DNA of 33,035 nt, from positions 1 to 33,035 of the forward strand of contig JABITQ010000025.1 of the NCBI GenBank assembly GCA_018700535.1, given 5' to 3'. This stretch comes from Candidatus Uhrbacteria bacterium (lineage in GTDB: Bacteria > Patescibacteriota > Patescibacteriia > UBA9934 > GWF2-40-263). The translations under genes were made by a program, and so were the position numbers. The notes below the pieces were generated by a model that did no database searches, was not told the origin of the DNA, and worked only from the letters and a program-made list of their open reading frames with translations. Positions 1-10,012 of this stretch are shown in pieces; within the stretch, counting starts at the first letter, position 1; every line of letters starts with the position of its first letter.

Positions 1-2
1 TC

Positions 3-107
3 GGGCTTTCTCCTGAGCATTTCAACAGAGTGAAGCATGAAAGGCTTCCAATGAGCAAAGCTGTCAGAGCTCGTATCCTGAAATATCTCGAGGACCACCC
101 AGCGTAA
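3..107 (+). CDS. 3' end of a gene cut by the window edge; possible XRE-like helix-turn-helix protein
   Basis: Open frame GLSPEHFNRVKHERLPMSKAVRARILKYLEDHPA* ends in TAA at 105-107 and is followed by a terminator. GLSxxHxxR resembles an HTH recognition helix. Confidence 0.45.
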   Translation, partial: GLSPEHFNRVKHERLPMSKAVRARILKYLEDHPA

Positions 108-128
108 CGACGCTTCACCTCACCAAAC

Positions 129-175
129 AATACACTTCCGCCTGGAAGACTTTGTCTGGCGAGGTGTATTTTTTT
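129..175 (+). terminator. Intrinsic terminator
   Basis: Stem AATACAC..CGCC / GGCG..GTGTATT followed by a T-run. Confidence 0.7.
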
Positions 176-246
176 ACTTCAATGCCTTCGTGGTCAAACA
201 AAAAACACCAGCTAGCCGATGTCTTTTGTGTGCTTGAATATTTGGT

Positions 247-486
247 TTACGCGATCTGTAAATGCGTCTTGATTCTTTCAACATCAGCTTCAATCGTACG
301 AACACATTCGACAGTGAAGTGACGCTCTTCATCTAAACGTTTAAGAATTACTGACTGTTGATCTAGTTGAGTACTCACTCTGTCTTCTACCGCAGTTAAA
401 TCAGACTTACTTGCCATGGTATCAAGCTTAGACTGATTGTCGATTACAACGGTAAGGATTTTATCGACTTGTTGCTCTAATTCCAT
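247..486 (-). CDS. Small coiled-coil hypothetical protein
   Basis: 79-aa ORF with heptad-like pattern; downstream of PP2C; terminator-like hairpin at about 196-225. Confidence 0.7.
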   Translation of the reverse strand: MELEQQVDKILTVVIDNQSKLDTMASKSDLTAVEDRVSTQLDQQSVILKRLDEERHFTVECVRTIEADVERIKTHLQIA

Positions 487-539
487 ATGATCAAATATTC
501 ACACTGCAAACATGAAACGACCAGCGTTTCAAAAACGCA

Positions 540-2255
540 TTATCCAGTAGCCGCACTTCGCGCCTTTTCCTCTAACGCCCTTTGCTGAATCCTGTCTCTA
601 TTTGCACGAAGATTCTTTGCCGACGCAGACAACTCCCCCGCAATCCTCTCCTTATCTTTTATTTCTCTTAGCAATCTCTGCCCATCCATCAACATCTCAC
701 CAACGAACAATTCTGCATCTGACGGACGGATGGTAATAGTTACAGATGATTCACCCTCTTGTCGTTCAAGTTTCACCTCTTTTCCAATCCTGGTCACAAG
801 TGCGTACTCACCATCAACATTAATCTGATCCCCTTCTGACAAAATCGTATCCGCCTGCTCACGCTCAACCGTAAACCGATCAACCTTGCGCATCGCCCGC
901 GAACCAAACTGTGATAGCTGATACTCCTGCGTTCGCGGATTGTACAAATCTACTGTCCAGAGTTTTGGATCGTATGACGGATCAGCAAAATCATCGCGCC
1001 ACACGCGCACGCCATCACCACCCTTGAACCTTGCTGGATAATTCTGTTCAAGCTCGCTAAGCGCCATCTTAGCGACCATGATCTCCGCACGCTTCTCAGC
1101 GGCCTCTAAGTCCAGACCACGTGCCTGATGTTCAGACTGCTCCGATCGATCACTAGGTGTAGATGTTTGCTCAAACTCTGAAAGAGCACCCCGCGCAGTC
1201 TCCAAGTCAGAACGTGCGTCTGCAAGCGTAAACTCCGTCACCACCTCAGGCTTTGGTAGATGCTTCAAATATTCGCGGTCAGGCCCACTCTCCCCAATAT
1301 CCACAACGACAGCGGAGACATCATCAGCCTTTACACGACGTCGACCAGCCGGCCTTCCAATCAATGCATCTGTGCTGTTTTGGATATTGCGCTCGGTCTG
1401 CAGTGCTGATTGATCAGATGTCATGTGCTCTAAAATCTCGGAGTCTAATAACGTGTCGTGCACACCATCACCAGTAATCACAACGCGATCGCCAGGATTC
1501 ACATCGTATGCATCGACAGATACTTGCTCAGGCTTTTTTGTATACCCCACAGCCTCAGTCACAACTGATGACCGAAAGTATTGCTTGAGTCTTGAGTCGT
1601 GATCAAAATCCCCTTTGCCTCCTGGGTGCTGATCAAGCATCCGCATTTCTTCCTTTGTAATCTGACCATCCTTAAACCCTTTAACTAACTCAGAATCATC
1701 AACGGTTAACCTATGCAGTCGTTTATTTGCAACCAAGTACACACGACTGTCTCCCACATTCGCCACATATAATCGCTGTCCGCCTCCTGGAAGCTCGACA
1801 AGTTTTGTTGCTGACAACGTTGTTGCTGCCATCTTTCCTTTTAGCTCCCCCGCCTTTTGCTTAACGAGCGAATGCGCACGACGAACAGCGTTTTGGATTT
1901 GGTCGCGCACAAGCTGATCAACCAAAGCTTTCTTTCGATCCTCTGGCGCTCTTGATTTTACAATGCTCTCAATTTTCAAATCTAACTCCTCACCCAGATC
2001 TTCAAACAAGACTTCGGCTGTTACACGAGAGGCCATGTCTCCAGCCTCAAGCCCTCCGACACCATCAGCAACAACAAACAATCCCCTTTCAGGATTATTA
2101 ACTTTCGCGTCTTCGCATGCTTGTTTGCGCACCTCAGACCCTCTCCGAATTCTTCCTGTAATAGGATCTTCCCCGACATTCATCAGCGCCTCGCGCGACT
2201 CAGGTGCAGGTGCACGATCATGAACAGATGGTTGTTTTCTTGCGACGTCCAACAT
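540..2255 (-). CDS. PP2C/PPM-family Ser/Thr phosphatase with long C-terminal extension
   Basis: Motifs CEDA, FVVADGVGG, ANVGDSRVY, LTVDDS, TGDGVHD, DDVSAVVV; C-terminal region of about 240 aa is partly coiled-coil. Confidence 0.92.
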   Translation of the reverse strand: MLDVARKQPSVHDRAPAPESREALMNVGEDPITGRIRRGSEVRKQACEDAKVNNPERGLFVVADGVGGLEAGDMASRVTAEVLFEDLGEELDLKIESIVKSRAPEDRKKALVDQLVRDQIQNAVRRAHSLVKQKAGELKGKMAATTLSATKLVELPGGGQRLYVANVGDSRVYLVANKRLHRLTVDDSELVKGFKDGQITKEEMRMLDQHPGGKGDFDHDSRLKQYFRSSVVTEAVGYTKKPEQVSVDAYDVNPGDRVVITGDGVHDTLLDSEILEHMTSDQSALQTERNIQNSTDALIGRPAGRRRVKADDVSAVVVDIGESGPDREYLKHLPKPEVVTEFTLADARSDLETARGALSEFEQTSTPSDRSEQSEHQARGLDLEAAEKRAEIMVAKMALSELEQNYPARFKGGDGVRVWRDDFADPSYDPKLWTVDLYNPRTQEYQLSQFGSRAMRKVDRFTVEREQADTILSEGDQINVDGEYALVTRIGKEVKLERQEGESSVTITIRPSDAELFVGEMLMDGQRLLREIKDKERIAGELSASAKNLRANRDRIQQRALEEKARSAATG

Positions 2256-2284
2256 AATGAATTCATTATAACAAAAACGCCGTC

Positions 2285-2689
2285 TTATGCAGACAGCGTT
2301 GCGTGTTGACTCTCAAGTTGCCGTTCGCTACTTGGAGTAAGTCTTACTGAAACCTTGTGAAATACGAGATGCAAACCAATCGCACTCATGGGAAGCAACT
2401 CTTCACTCCATTGCCGTGGAGACATGCGCGCCACAGTCAGATTGATGAAACCTGGATCGTCAGCATATTCAGATCTGACAACAAGTCCCTCAAGGTGTCT
2501 TCTGTGAGCCGTTGTCGCTACAACAGTTGTTTGCGTTCTGAAGTAGGCAGCAGGTAGGTGCGTCTTGATTCTCAGCGTTGACGCGCTCCCAGCAGGCGCG
2601 TAACCCTCGATGCGACTGAGTACACGCTCGATAAACCTTGGATTATCTGATAAATAATGAAGCCTTCGTCTTCCAGGAACAAGCGACAT
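2285..2689 (-). CDS. Hypothetical protein (cassette-type unit; weak PilZ-like beta pattern)
   Basis: GAGGTG RBS before ATG 2689; promoter TTGACT(2739-2734)-N17-TAATGT. Confidence 0.6.
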   Translation of the reverse strand: MSLVPGRRRLHYLSDNPRFIERVLSRIEGYAPAGSASTLRIKTHLPAAYFRTQTTVVATTAHRRHLEGLVVRSEYADDPGFINLTVARMSPRQWSEELLPMSAIGLHLVFHKVSVRLTPSSERQLESQHATLSA

Positions 2690-2776
2690 ACTCACCTCTC
2701 TTGAGCAGCGACATTAAGACGTTTATTCAATATAGTCAACCTAAACAACTTCACGACAAACAAAAAAGGCGTCTCA

Positions 2777-4444
2777 TTAGACGCCTTCCATAATCTTCTT
2801 TAGCGCATTCCATTCTCGCTTTCCTGTTTTCTTCTTTCTTAAAATCTCAGAGAATTTCTTTCCACTAAGCGCGCTTGGCACGATCACATATGTTGCACCA
2901 AGCTTGTAACACTTCTCTGCGTCTTCAAACGTATGCACAGAGACAATAGACACTCCTTTGAACTTTCGACTCTTCAAGAATGTTAACAAAGACATGCTAA
3001 TCACCAAGTCTGGAATTGTTGAGACGATTAGCTTGGCGTGGTCGGCCTTTAGTTCTTCCAAAAAGTTTTCATCTCCAGCGTCGCCATACACAGACGGCTC
3101 CCCTGCTTCAGAAAGTTTGCGGATTACCTGAGGATCAAAATCGATAATCGTGTAAGGCTTTTTGAGTGTGCGTATTGTCTTGAGCAACTGCTTACCTGTG
3201 TAGTGATATCCGAACAAAAGGACAGAGCTCGCTTTGTGTGATCTAAGTCGCTCTATCGCCAACATATTGTCAGGCTCGAGCCACTTGAACATCCATTTAA
3301 TCTTTTCGTAAATGACTTCGTTGTGCTCGATCAAAAACGAACTGCCAGCAATCGTCACCAACCCTACCGCCGTTGTAAGCGCAAGTGCAGGCTCGCCAAG
3401 ATGTCCTGCTGCGATCCCTGCTGCGATAACGATAAATGAGAACTCAGAAATCTGCGCGACTGTGGTACCAGAGAGAAACCCTGTGCGCGGATGATAACCA
3501 AGCCCACGCATGATCAACATGACGATGAGCGGGTTTCCAATTAGGACGAATGCGCTAAAGAGTGCGGTTGGGATAATCGTTGCGGCAAAGCTTTCAAAGC
3601 TTAGTTGTGTACCCAGAACGATAAAGAAGATGATAAGGAAGAAATCTCGCAACGGTCTGATACGTGCGTTGATCTCGCGGTAGTACATTGAGCTTGAAAG
3701 CGTGACACCCGCAATGAGTGCTCCGAGCTCGATACCGAAACCAAGTGCGACCAACCCACCAGCGATCAAAAAGCACCAAGCGATTGAGAAGATAAGTAGC
3801 AACTCTTGAGACTTTGCCACGTAGCGCAATAGTCGTGGAACGATTTTGGCAGAGATAAACCAAAGCAGTGGGACGAGCACGATTGCCTTTGCCATCGTTC
3901 CTACCAATACTTGATCGAGTGTTGCACCACTTGAAAACCCACCGAGGGCTAGCAAGATTATCATTGCGATAAAATCTTGAACCAACAGGAACCCGACACT
4001 GATACGACCGTACAACGAGTCAAGATCCTCTTTGTCCATCAACAACTTGATGATGATAATGGTAGAGGAGAATGCGAACGCGATTGAGAGGTAAATCGCG
4101 GTGACAGGCTCAAAACCTAATAGCGTTGCGATGATGAACCCAGCAATAGATGTAAACAGCACTTGCCCCAACCCTGTCGCCGCTGCAATCCCACCAACAT
4201 CTTTTACATTGCGCCAGTTGAGCCCAAGCCCGACAGTAAACAACAAAAACGCAACACCGATTTCGCTCATGACATCAAACACTTCTGAGCCATGTGTGAG
4301 CGCGAGCACAGAAGGCCCGGCGATCATTCCTGTGATTATGTAAGCCAAAATAAGCGGTTGCTTAAATCGATACATCAGCATCGAAATCGCAGCCGCGATG
4401 ATAAGAACAATTCCAATTTGAAAAAAAAGTTCCTCCAATAACAT
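2777..4444 (-). CDS. Cation:proton antiporter (CPA2/Kef type) with C-terminal TrkA-N/RCK domain
   Basis: About 13 TM segments; SEIGVAFLLFTVGL, FSSTIII, LLVQD, QISEFSF, YGDA motifs. Start moved to ATG 4444, downstream of TGnTATACT. Confidence 0.92.
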   Translation of the reverse strand: MLLEELFFQIGIVLIIAAAISMLMYRFKQPLILAYIITGMIAGPSVLALTHGSEVFDVMSEIGVAFLLFTVGLGLNWRNVKDVGGIAAATGLGQVLFTSIAGFIIATLLGFEPVTAIYLSIAFAFSSTIIIIKLLMDKEDLDSLYGRISVGFLLVQDFIAMIILLALGGFSSGATLDQVLVGTMAKAIVLVPLLWFISAKIVPRLLRYVAKSQELLLIFSIAWCFLIAGGLVALGFGIELGALIAGVTLSSSMYYREINARIRPLRDFFLIIFFIVLGTQLSFESFAATIIPTALFSAFVLIGNPLIVMLIMRGLGYHPRTGFLSGTTVAQISEFSFIVIAAGIAAGHLGEPALALTTAVGLVTIAGSSFLIEHNEVIYEKIKWMFKWLEPDNMLAIERLRSHKASSVLLFGYHYTGKQLLKTIRTLKKPYTIIDFDPQVIRKLSEAGEPSVYGDAGDENFLEELKADHAKLIVSTIPDLVISMSLLTFLKSRKFKGVSIVSVHTFEDAEKCYKLGATYVIVPSALSGKKFSEILRKKKTGKREWNALKKIMEGV

Positions 4445-4522
4445 AAGTGAAAACAGTATACCATTTGACACACATCTAAACATATAGTCGAATGGGGATA
4501 GTCTCAGCCAAAAAGGAGACTT

Positions 4523-5074
4523 ATGAGCAGATCGATTTTTCCACGGGAACGCCGATGGAGCACATGGCTCCGCTCACACATGCATCCCTCTGCATTGGTA
4601 AAGGCTGCAAACAAGCTCGAGGAGCTGGCTTACAGACTTGGTTTGACCTCATTTGTTCCAGCGACAGTCGACGTGCTGGTAACCGTCGAAACCAAAGAAA
4701 AGCTCGAAATTCTGATGGGGCTCTCAAGCGATGGAGAGAACAAGGGTCGATGGACACCTTTTGGTGAACGCATGTTCCGTGGTGACGAAGAACCACAAAC
4801 TCGTGCGATCATCATCATGTCTCGACTTGGACTTCAACTGCCTGAAACGCGCTTCGACCCCATTGGTGTCGTCAGTGCTCAGTGGCCACATGCCCACTAC
4901 CTGACCATCATGATTGAGCTGCGTATTACACCAGAAGAAGCAGCTCGCATCATCGCCACCAAGGAATACACCGAGCTTCAGCAATTCACTCTTAGCGACG
5001 CACTCATACGTGTCGACATGCCTGAAGCTTACAAACAGTGCGTGCGCAAATTGCGCGACCACACACTGCAATAG
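4523..5074 (+). CDS. Nudix-fold protein with degenerate Nudix box
   Basis: TVDVLV...EILMG...GRWTPFGE...GDE...RLGL follows the Nudix layout but lacks REUXEE; AGGAG RBS. Confidence 0.6.
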   Translation: MSRSIFPRERRWSTWLRSHMHPSALVKAANKLEELAYRLGLTSFVPATVDVLVTVETKEKLEILMGLSSDGENKGRWTPFGERMFRGDEEPQTRAIIIMSRLGLQLPETRFDPIGVVSAQWPHAHYLTIMIELRITPEEAARIIATKEYTELQQFTLSDALIRVDMPEAYKQCVRKLRDHTLQ

Positions 5075-5168
5075 CATCATGGGGACCTAAAAACGCGGGT
5101 CCTCATTTTATTATTGACAAAACCTATTAATTGCCATAAATTCACTTCCTGGTTCAAAAGGAGCAGAG

Positions 5169-6110
5169 ATGAATTCCGTATTCACAAAGATTGTTCAAAG
5201 CTGGAATATGAAAGGTTCTGAGCGTCATGTGCGCTTTTTACTTCTACTGACTAGCATAGGACTGATCGTTGCAGATGTGGGGTTCGACCACCCATTGAGC
5301 GACACTACAAAATTTCTGTCGAGGCTTTGCCTTCTCCTCGGTTTCAAGCTGATCGTTGAGCAATTCTATGTCTTGCACGTCACGATTCAAGAGACTGACT
5401 CGTTTCGAGATGCGCTCGCAATACTTTGGGAGTCTTCGTGGGTCGCTCAAGAATCATACAGCGAGCTTGTGAACGTTCTTGCTGATGAAAAGCAGAGCAT
5501 TCAGACACTCGAACGAAAGGCCGAGCTCGAACGCATTGAAGCGCAGCAATTGCTGAAGCAGAAGATGGAGCGACTCAAGCATCGTGCGAGAAAGATCCTA
5601 CCTGATGTGAGCGAGAGTAAGATCACAATGGTTGCTGAGCAAGCAGTTGCGATGTCGCAAGAGCAAGCAAATGCACACTTTCGCAAATACAAGCAGCTCT
5701 CAGAGCTGGCCAAAAGCGCATCACTTTTCAGTGGTGAGGAACGCAAAATTTTCTCTGACCATCTGAGGCAAAGCCGGTTCGATGATGCTGTTCAAATGCT
5801 TCAAGATCGTTCGGAGCGAATCAATCTGATTGAGGAAGCGAAGCGTCTAGGTGTTGAATCATCCATTGACTGGAACACTCCCCTGACAGAACTCGCGCAG
5901 ATCCGTGCAACGATCAACGTTGCGCAGACGCGCGCAAGGCACCAAGCAAGACTCGACGTGCTGCGCGAACGTGTACTGAGTGACACAGGAAATGATCGGG
6001 GTGCTCATCTGGCAAATATTCAGCTTGCACAAGACGCCATTGGCAACGACCGCGATTTTCGTAAGGCAATACACCCAGTCGAGAGAACCTATGGAAATCA
6101 CACTCGCTAG
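5169..6110 (+). CDS. Hypothetical membrane-anchored coiled-coil protein
   Basis: Two N-terminal hydrophobic segments, then helical/coiled-coil; TTGACA-N17-TAAATT promoter, AGGAG RBS, terminator about 6116-6150. Confidence 0.75.
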   Translation: MNSVFTKIVQSWNMKGSERHVRFLLLLTSIGLIVADVGFDHPLSDTTKFLSRLCLLLGFKLIVEQFYVLHVTIQETDSFRDALAILWESSWVAQESYSELVNVLADEKQSIQTLERKAELERIEAQQLLKQKMERLKHRARKILPDVSESKITMVAEQAVAMSQEQANAHFRKYKQLSELAKSASLFSGEERKIFSDHLRQSRFDDAVQMLQDRSERINLIEEAKRLGVESSIDWNTPLTELAQIRATINVAQTRARHQARLDVLRERVLSDTGNDRGAHLANIQLAQDAIGNDRDFRKAIHPVERTYGNHTR

Positions 6111-6220
6111 ACACACCCCTTTATCGTACGGATAGAGGGGTTTTATTGTTATGGATCAATTGACAACCCATTTTTGATCACATACGATCGAAGAGTCTTT
6201 AACCTAGAGCATGGAGACCT

Positions 6221-6670
6221 GTGCACCTTTTGCTCATCCTTCTGATCACAGCCCAAACGGCATTCGCAAACCCCACTGGCGACGCAGCTGTCACAATCGA
6301 ACAAACAGCCGACATTGAGCGCTGTGAGTTCATCGCGCAAATTGTGAAGCTCCAAATCAAACGCACTTCACTAGAGAGCAACCTACTCGCCGTTTGGGAA
6401 ACAAAACCAGAAGACGCCGAACAAGCGGCCATCCGCATGAGCATCATGGAAGAGCTCCGCGGCCGAATCGCAACTTTGGACAAGCAGATTTCGGTCATCA
6501 AGAGCGAGCTCAATTTGGTCGAGCTCAACCTGAAGACAACCATGAAGATCGAGCACCTTCGACCACTCGACAAGTTGGAGTGTGTCTATCGTGCCCACAA
6601 GCGCGAGGAAGAAGCGCGGAGCAAAGAAAAGGAAAAGGCAAAAAGTATGGCACCGACGCCAAAGCCTTAG
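6221..6670 (+). CDS. Hypothetical secreted coiled-coil protein
   Basis: GTG start after GGAG; signal peptide MHLLLILLITAQTAFA; TTGACA-N17-TACGAT promoter; terminator about 6680-6712. Confidence 0.75.
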   Translation: MHLLLILLITAQTAFANPTGDAAVTIEQTADIERCEFIAQIVKLQIKRTSLESNLLAVWETKPEDAEQAAIRMSIMEELRGRIATLDKQISVIKSELNLVELNLKTTMKIEHLRPLDKLECVYRAHKREEEARSKEKEKAKSMAPTPKP

Positions 6671-6800
6671 TACTGACGCGACACTCATTTCCAACTGGAG
6701 ATGAGTGTCTTTCATTTGGAGATCTATCTTGACAAAATGGATAAAAAACACTATGTTTCTGCCTTGCGCATTTATGCGTTAGAAGAAATAGGAGTGCAAA

Positions 6801-7373
6801 GTGCACACGATCTTTTACTGGCTCTCAGTCATTTTGATGGCTTTGGGTTTTGCCCCTTACATAAAAGCGATCGTCAAAGACGGTGCGCAACCAAAACGAA
6901 CCTCATGGTTTATCTGGTTGCTACTCGACTTGATTACCTATTCTGGGATGGTGGCGGCAGACTCGGTAAACGGACACATTCGTGTGGCCGTTCTCGGAGC
7001 CCTCGCGATCTCGATACTTTCAATCAAGTTCGGCAAGAATGGATGGACCAAGATCGACACATTGTCAGTGATTGGTGCAGCTCTCGCGATCGGACTCTGG
7101 AAGATGTTCGACAGCCCAACCGTTGGACTTGTCACATCACTGATCGCAACCATCATCGCCGCAATCCCAACATTCGAAAGCGGCTGGAAAACACCAGAGA
7201 AAGAAGACAAGCTTGGCTGGACCTTGTTCTGGCTCTCATGCATCGCAGCGACCATCGCAGCAGAGTCATGGGCACCAGAAGACTCCGCCCAACCCCTCAC
7301 ATTCCTATTCATCGAAAGTGTTATGATGTGGTTGCTATTTGTGCGACCACGGAAAAACACATCACCGCAGTAG
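6801..7373 (+). CDS. Multi-pass membrane protein, PQ-loop-like
   Basis: Six to seven TM helices with internal repeat (PYIKAI..P..SW / PTFESGW.P..E..W); promoter TTGACA-N17-TATGTT; AGGAG RBS. Confidence 0.75.
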   Translation: MHTIFYWLSVILMALGFAPYIKAIVKDGAQPKRTSWFIWLLLDLITYSGMVAADSVNGHIRVAVLGALAISILSIKFGKNGWTKIDTLSVIGAALAIGLWKMFDSPTVGLVTSLIATIIAAIPTFESGWKTPEKEDKLGWTLFWLSCIAATIAAESWAPEDSAQPLTFLFIESVMMWLLFVRPRKNTSPQ

Positions 7374-7393
7374 CCTGAACCGCTGGAGAAACA

Positions 7394-7696
7394 ATGTCTC
7401 TTCTGAACATCTTTGACTCTATACCTTCGTACCTCTGGGTCGAACTCGGTGTCACGGTTGCAGCCGTTCTGTTGATCATGAAGTTCAAACACTTCGACAC
7501 AGCTGGCCTTGCCATGATGATAACTACTGGCTCATTCATTGCCATAGCAATCGTTGGTGGTCATATGTTCACCTCGTTCGCTGATCACTTGCTCGGTGTC
7601 TATCACGGCGACACTCACCAGCTGAAGATCATGGTCCACAACGCACTCTATATGGCTTGGGGCGGAGCGCTCATGCACTTCAAGCACATATTCTGA
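7394..7696 (+). CDS. Small 3-TM hypothetical membrane protein
   Basis: GGAG RBS, hydrophobic segments, terminator about 7708-7746. Confidence 0.7.
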   Translation: MSLLNIFDSIPSYLWVELGVTVAAVLLIMKFKHFDTAGLAMMITTGSFIAIAIVGGHMFTSFADHLLGVYHGDTHQLKIMVHNALYMAWGGALMHFKHIF

Positions 7697-7788
7697 CCCG
7701 CTCCCCCTCGCCCGCAACCGTACTTGGTAGCGGGCTTTTTTGTTTTCCACAGTTCCCTCTCTTCTTATTCGTCTATAATAAGATTCAT

Positions 7789-8865
7789 ATGGCACACTCG
7801 CACGAACACTCAAGCCACAAGAACATTGCGTCCGCACTGGCGCTTAACCTCTTTTTTGTTGTCCTCGAAATCATCGGTGGACTGCTGACGAACTCTTTCG
7901 CCATCTTGAGTGATGCGCTCCATGACTTTGGTGACACGATGAGCTTGGGGGTTGCTTGGTATCTTGAGCGGGTTTCTAAAAGGGGTAAGACGAGTACGTT
8001 CTCGTTTGGTTACCGTCGCTTCTCTCTTCTGTCTGCACTAATCAACAACCTAGTTCTTTTAATCGGTTCGACGTTTATCTTGTGGCAGGTTATCCCAAAG
8101 CTTTCTGATCCACACCACAGCAACGGTGCGGGAATGCTTGTGCTGGCTGTGTTTGGAATTGCGATCAACGGTTTTGCTGCGTTTAAGTTGCGTAAAGGAA
8201 AATCGATGAACGAGAAGAGTGTGTCGTTGCACATGCTTGAAGATTTGTATGGATGGGTCGTTGTCCTGGCGGCTGGTCTGTTGATTATGATCAAGGACAT
8301 TCACGTTATCGACCCTCTGCTCTCGATTGGAATCACTCTCTATATTCTCTTGAACGTTCTTAAGTCTTTGCGCGACACAATCAAAATCTTCCTCCAGGGC
8401 GTGCCGACGGATTTGAAGATTGGTGAGATTGCTAAAGACATCTTGGGAGTAAAAGGTGTGGAGGGTTTGTACGACATGAACCTCTGGTCTCTCGACGGTG
8501 AGCACAATGTGTTTAGTGCGCATGTGGGTGTGGAGTCTGGTGTAAAGGGCGAGAAGTTGTTTTCTGTAAAAAACGAGGTGAAGCACAAAGTGTTTGAGCA
8601 TGAAATCGACCACTTAACGATCGAGCTTGAACGCAGCAACGAACGCACTAAGCAAGAACGCATCGATGGACTTAAGGACATCAAGCGCATGCAGCGCGAA
8701 GAAATTACTGCAAAAGACCCGCGAACATTCATGCCAAAATCAAAAAAGGCCCGAGCGGCCTTAGTCCTTATAATCCTTTCCCTCTTTGTAACAGCGTTTG
8801 TAATCACTCCTGAATCTAATGACGCCGAGCAAGCCACACACGAGCATGAGGAGGGGTTGCGTTAA
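7789..8865 (+). CDS. czcD: Cation diffusion facilitator (CzcD/ZitB-like Zn/Co/Cd efflux)
   Basis: SDALHD, FSFGYRRFSLLSAL, LHMLEDL, DPLLS, HLTIE motifs; His-rich N-terminus. Start ATG 7789 just after TATAAT. Confidence 0.88.
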   Translation: MAHSHEHSSHKNIASALALNLFFVVLEIIGGLLTNSFAILSDALHDFGDTMSLGVAWYLERVSKRGKTSTFSFGYRRFSLLSALINNLVLLIGSTFILWQVIPKLSDPHHSNGAGMLVLAVFGIAINGFAAFKLRKGKSMNEKSVSLHMLEDLYGWVVVLAAGLLIMIKDIHVIDPLLSIGITLYILLNVLKSLRDTIKIFLQGVPTDLKIGEIAKDILGVKGVEGLYDMNLWSLDGEHNVFSAHVGVESGVKGEKLFSVKNEVKHKVFEHEIDHLTIELERSNERTKQERIDGLKDIKRMQREEITAKDPRTFMPKSKKARAALVLIILSLFVTAFVITPESNDAEQATHEHEEGLR

Positions 8866-8969
8866 CGAATTGACATCGTTACGTGCCGCTGATATTTTTA
8901 CATCTCACTGAGCTACTTATACTTAGTGACCCAACGCAACTGGGAATGTTGCACTGGTTAGGAGACAAC

Positions 8970-9242
8970 ATGTCTTTGCCTGAGGGATGGGTTGATCTAA
9001 TTGACCTTTCGAACCTTGAGGAGTTCCAAGCGGCTGTTCTTGCAGCACCCCAGAAGTGGGATAAACGCTCTGCGATGTACGATGTCAATGGACACATCGA
9101 GGTAAGACCCTTCACTCCAAAGTCGCAGCAGAGCGAGCGAGGAATTGGCGACTGGAGCAACGGAGTCAAAACGGACAACAACCTCTTGGCGATTTACTGG
9201 CCGAGGCACAAGTCGTGCAACAAAGACAATTCAGGTCTCTGA
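8970..9242 (+). CDS. Hypothetical protein (cassette-type)
   Basis: AGGAG RBS before ATG 8970; TTGACA-N17-TATTTT at 8870; long hairpin terminator about 9251-9310. Confidence 0.6.
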   Translation: MSLPEGWVDLIDLSNLEEFQAAVLAAPQKWDKRSAMYDVNGHIEVRPFTPKSQQSERGIGDWSNGVKTDNNLLAIYWPRHKSCNKDNSGL

Positions 9243-9404
9243 ACAGCACTGACTCCATGCAACGAAACATTCTTAAATGGGTTCGTGGCGTGGGGTCTTT
9301 TTGTTTTTTTGATAAATAGAAATGTGATTGTTTCCATTGACTAAATCCTAAAAACCTTATAGTTTTTGGATTGCTCAATGAACATCTCTGGTTTGGAGAC
9401 TACA

Positions 9405-9833
9405 ATGCAAAAGATACTTCCCTTCCTTCTGCTTAGCCTAATGACCGCATGCTCGTCGCCGACAAATGTGTGCAACTCGATTGTTGGTCCTTTTGGTGGC
9501 GGCATGTGCGCGACAAACACACAGGCAACCGACGACCCCAGCGATCACTCAGAGGACGCAAGCATTATCGTGTTCGGTAAAGATGACTACGCTGACACAG
9601 GTGTTGCAGAAACGATTGAACTCGATCAAACCACCACCTGTGGTGGAGGTAGCGAGTTTTGCGACGAAGGCGAGGACATCCTCCCCTATACCTACATCGA
9701 CTACACCGAGATCCAAACCTGGTACATGTGCCCCACGGACGGATCCCCCACATTCCACGGCGGAGAGGAAGTGAGCGGGGTTGTAGTAATGGACGATGGA
9801 GCAATGTTAGAAGGTTGCTACGTGCTGATGTAG
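9405..9833 (+). CDS. Putative Cys-rich acidic lipoprotein
   Basis: GGAG RBS; signal with lipobox-like MTAC; several Cys; promoter at 9337; terminator about 9847-9878. Confidence 0.7.
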   Translation: MQKILPFLLLSLMTACSSPTNVCNSIVGPFGGGMCATNTQATDDPSDHSEDASIIVFGKDDYADTGVAETIELDQTTTCGGGSEFCDEGEDILPYTYIDYTEIQTWYMCPTDGSPTFHGGEEVSGVVVMDDGAMLEGCYVLM

Positions 9834-10012
9834 CCCACGATACGTTGACCCGAGTGAATACTTGGGTCTTTTTTGTTTATATATAGAAGAAAGCACTCAC
9901 ACTCATACATTGACAATAACCAACAATTGGCGTATTCTCCGCGGTCACCACGACTACCCCATTCAGCGGGTGCCCATTTTGGGAAAGCTGATTCTTGCAC
10001 ATGGAGCATTTG

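Noticed and set aside
6701-7378. 225-aa alternative-frame ORF (and similar shadows such as 26540-27241 and 8059-8613)
   Set aside because: They overlap better-supported genes and lack an RBS or protein-like composition.
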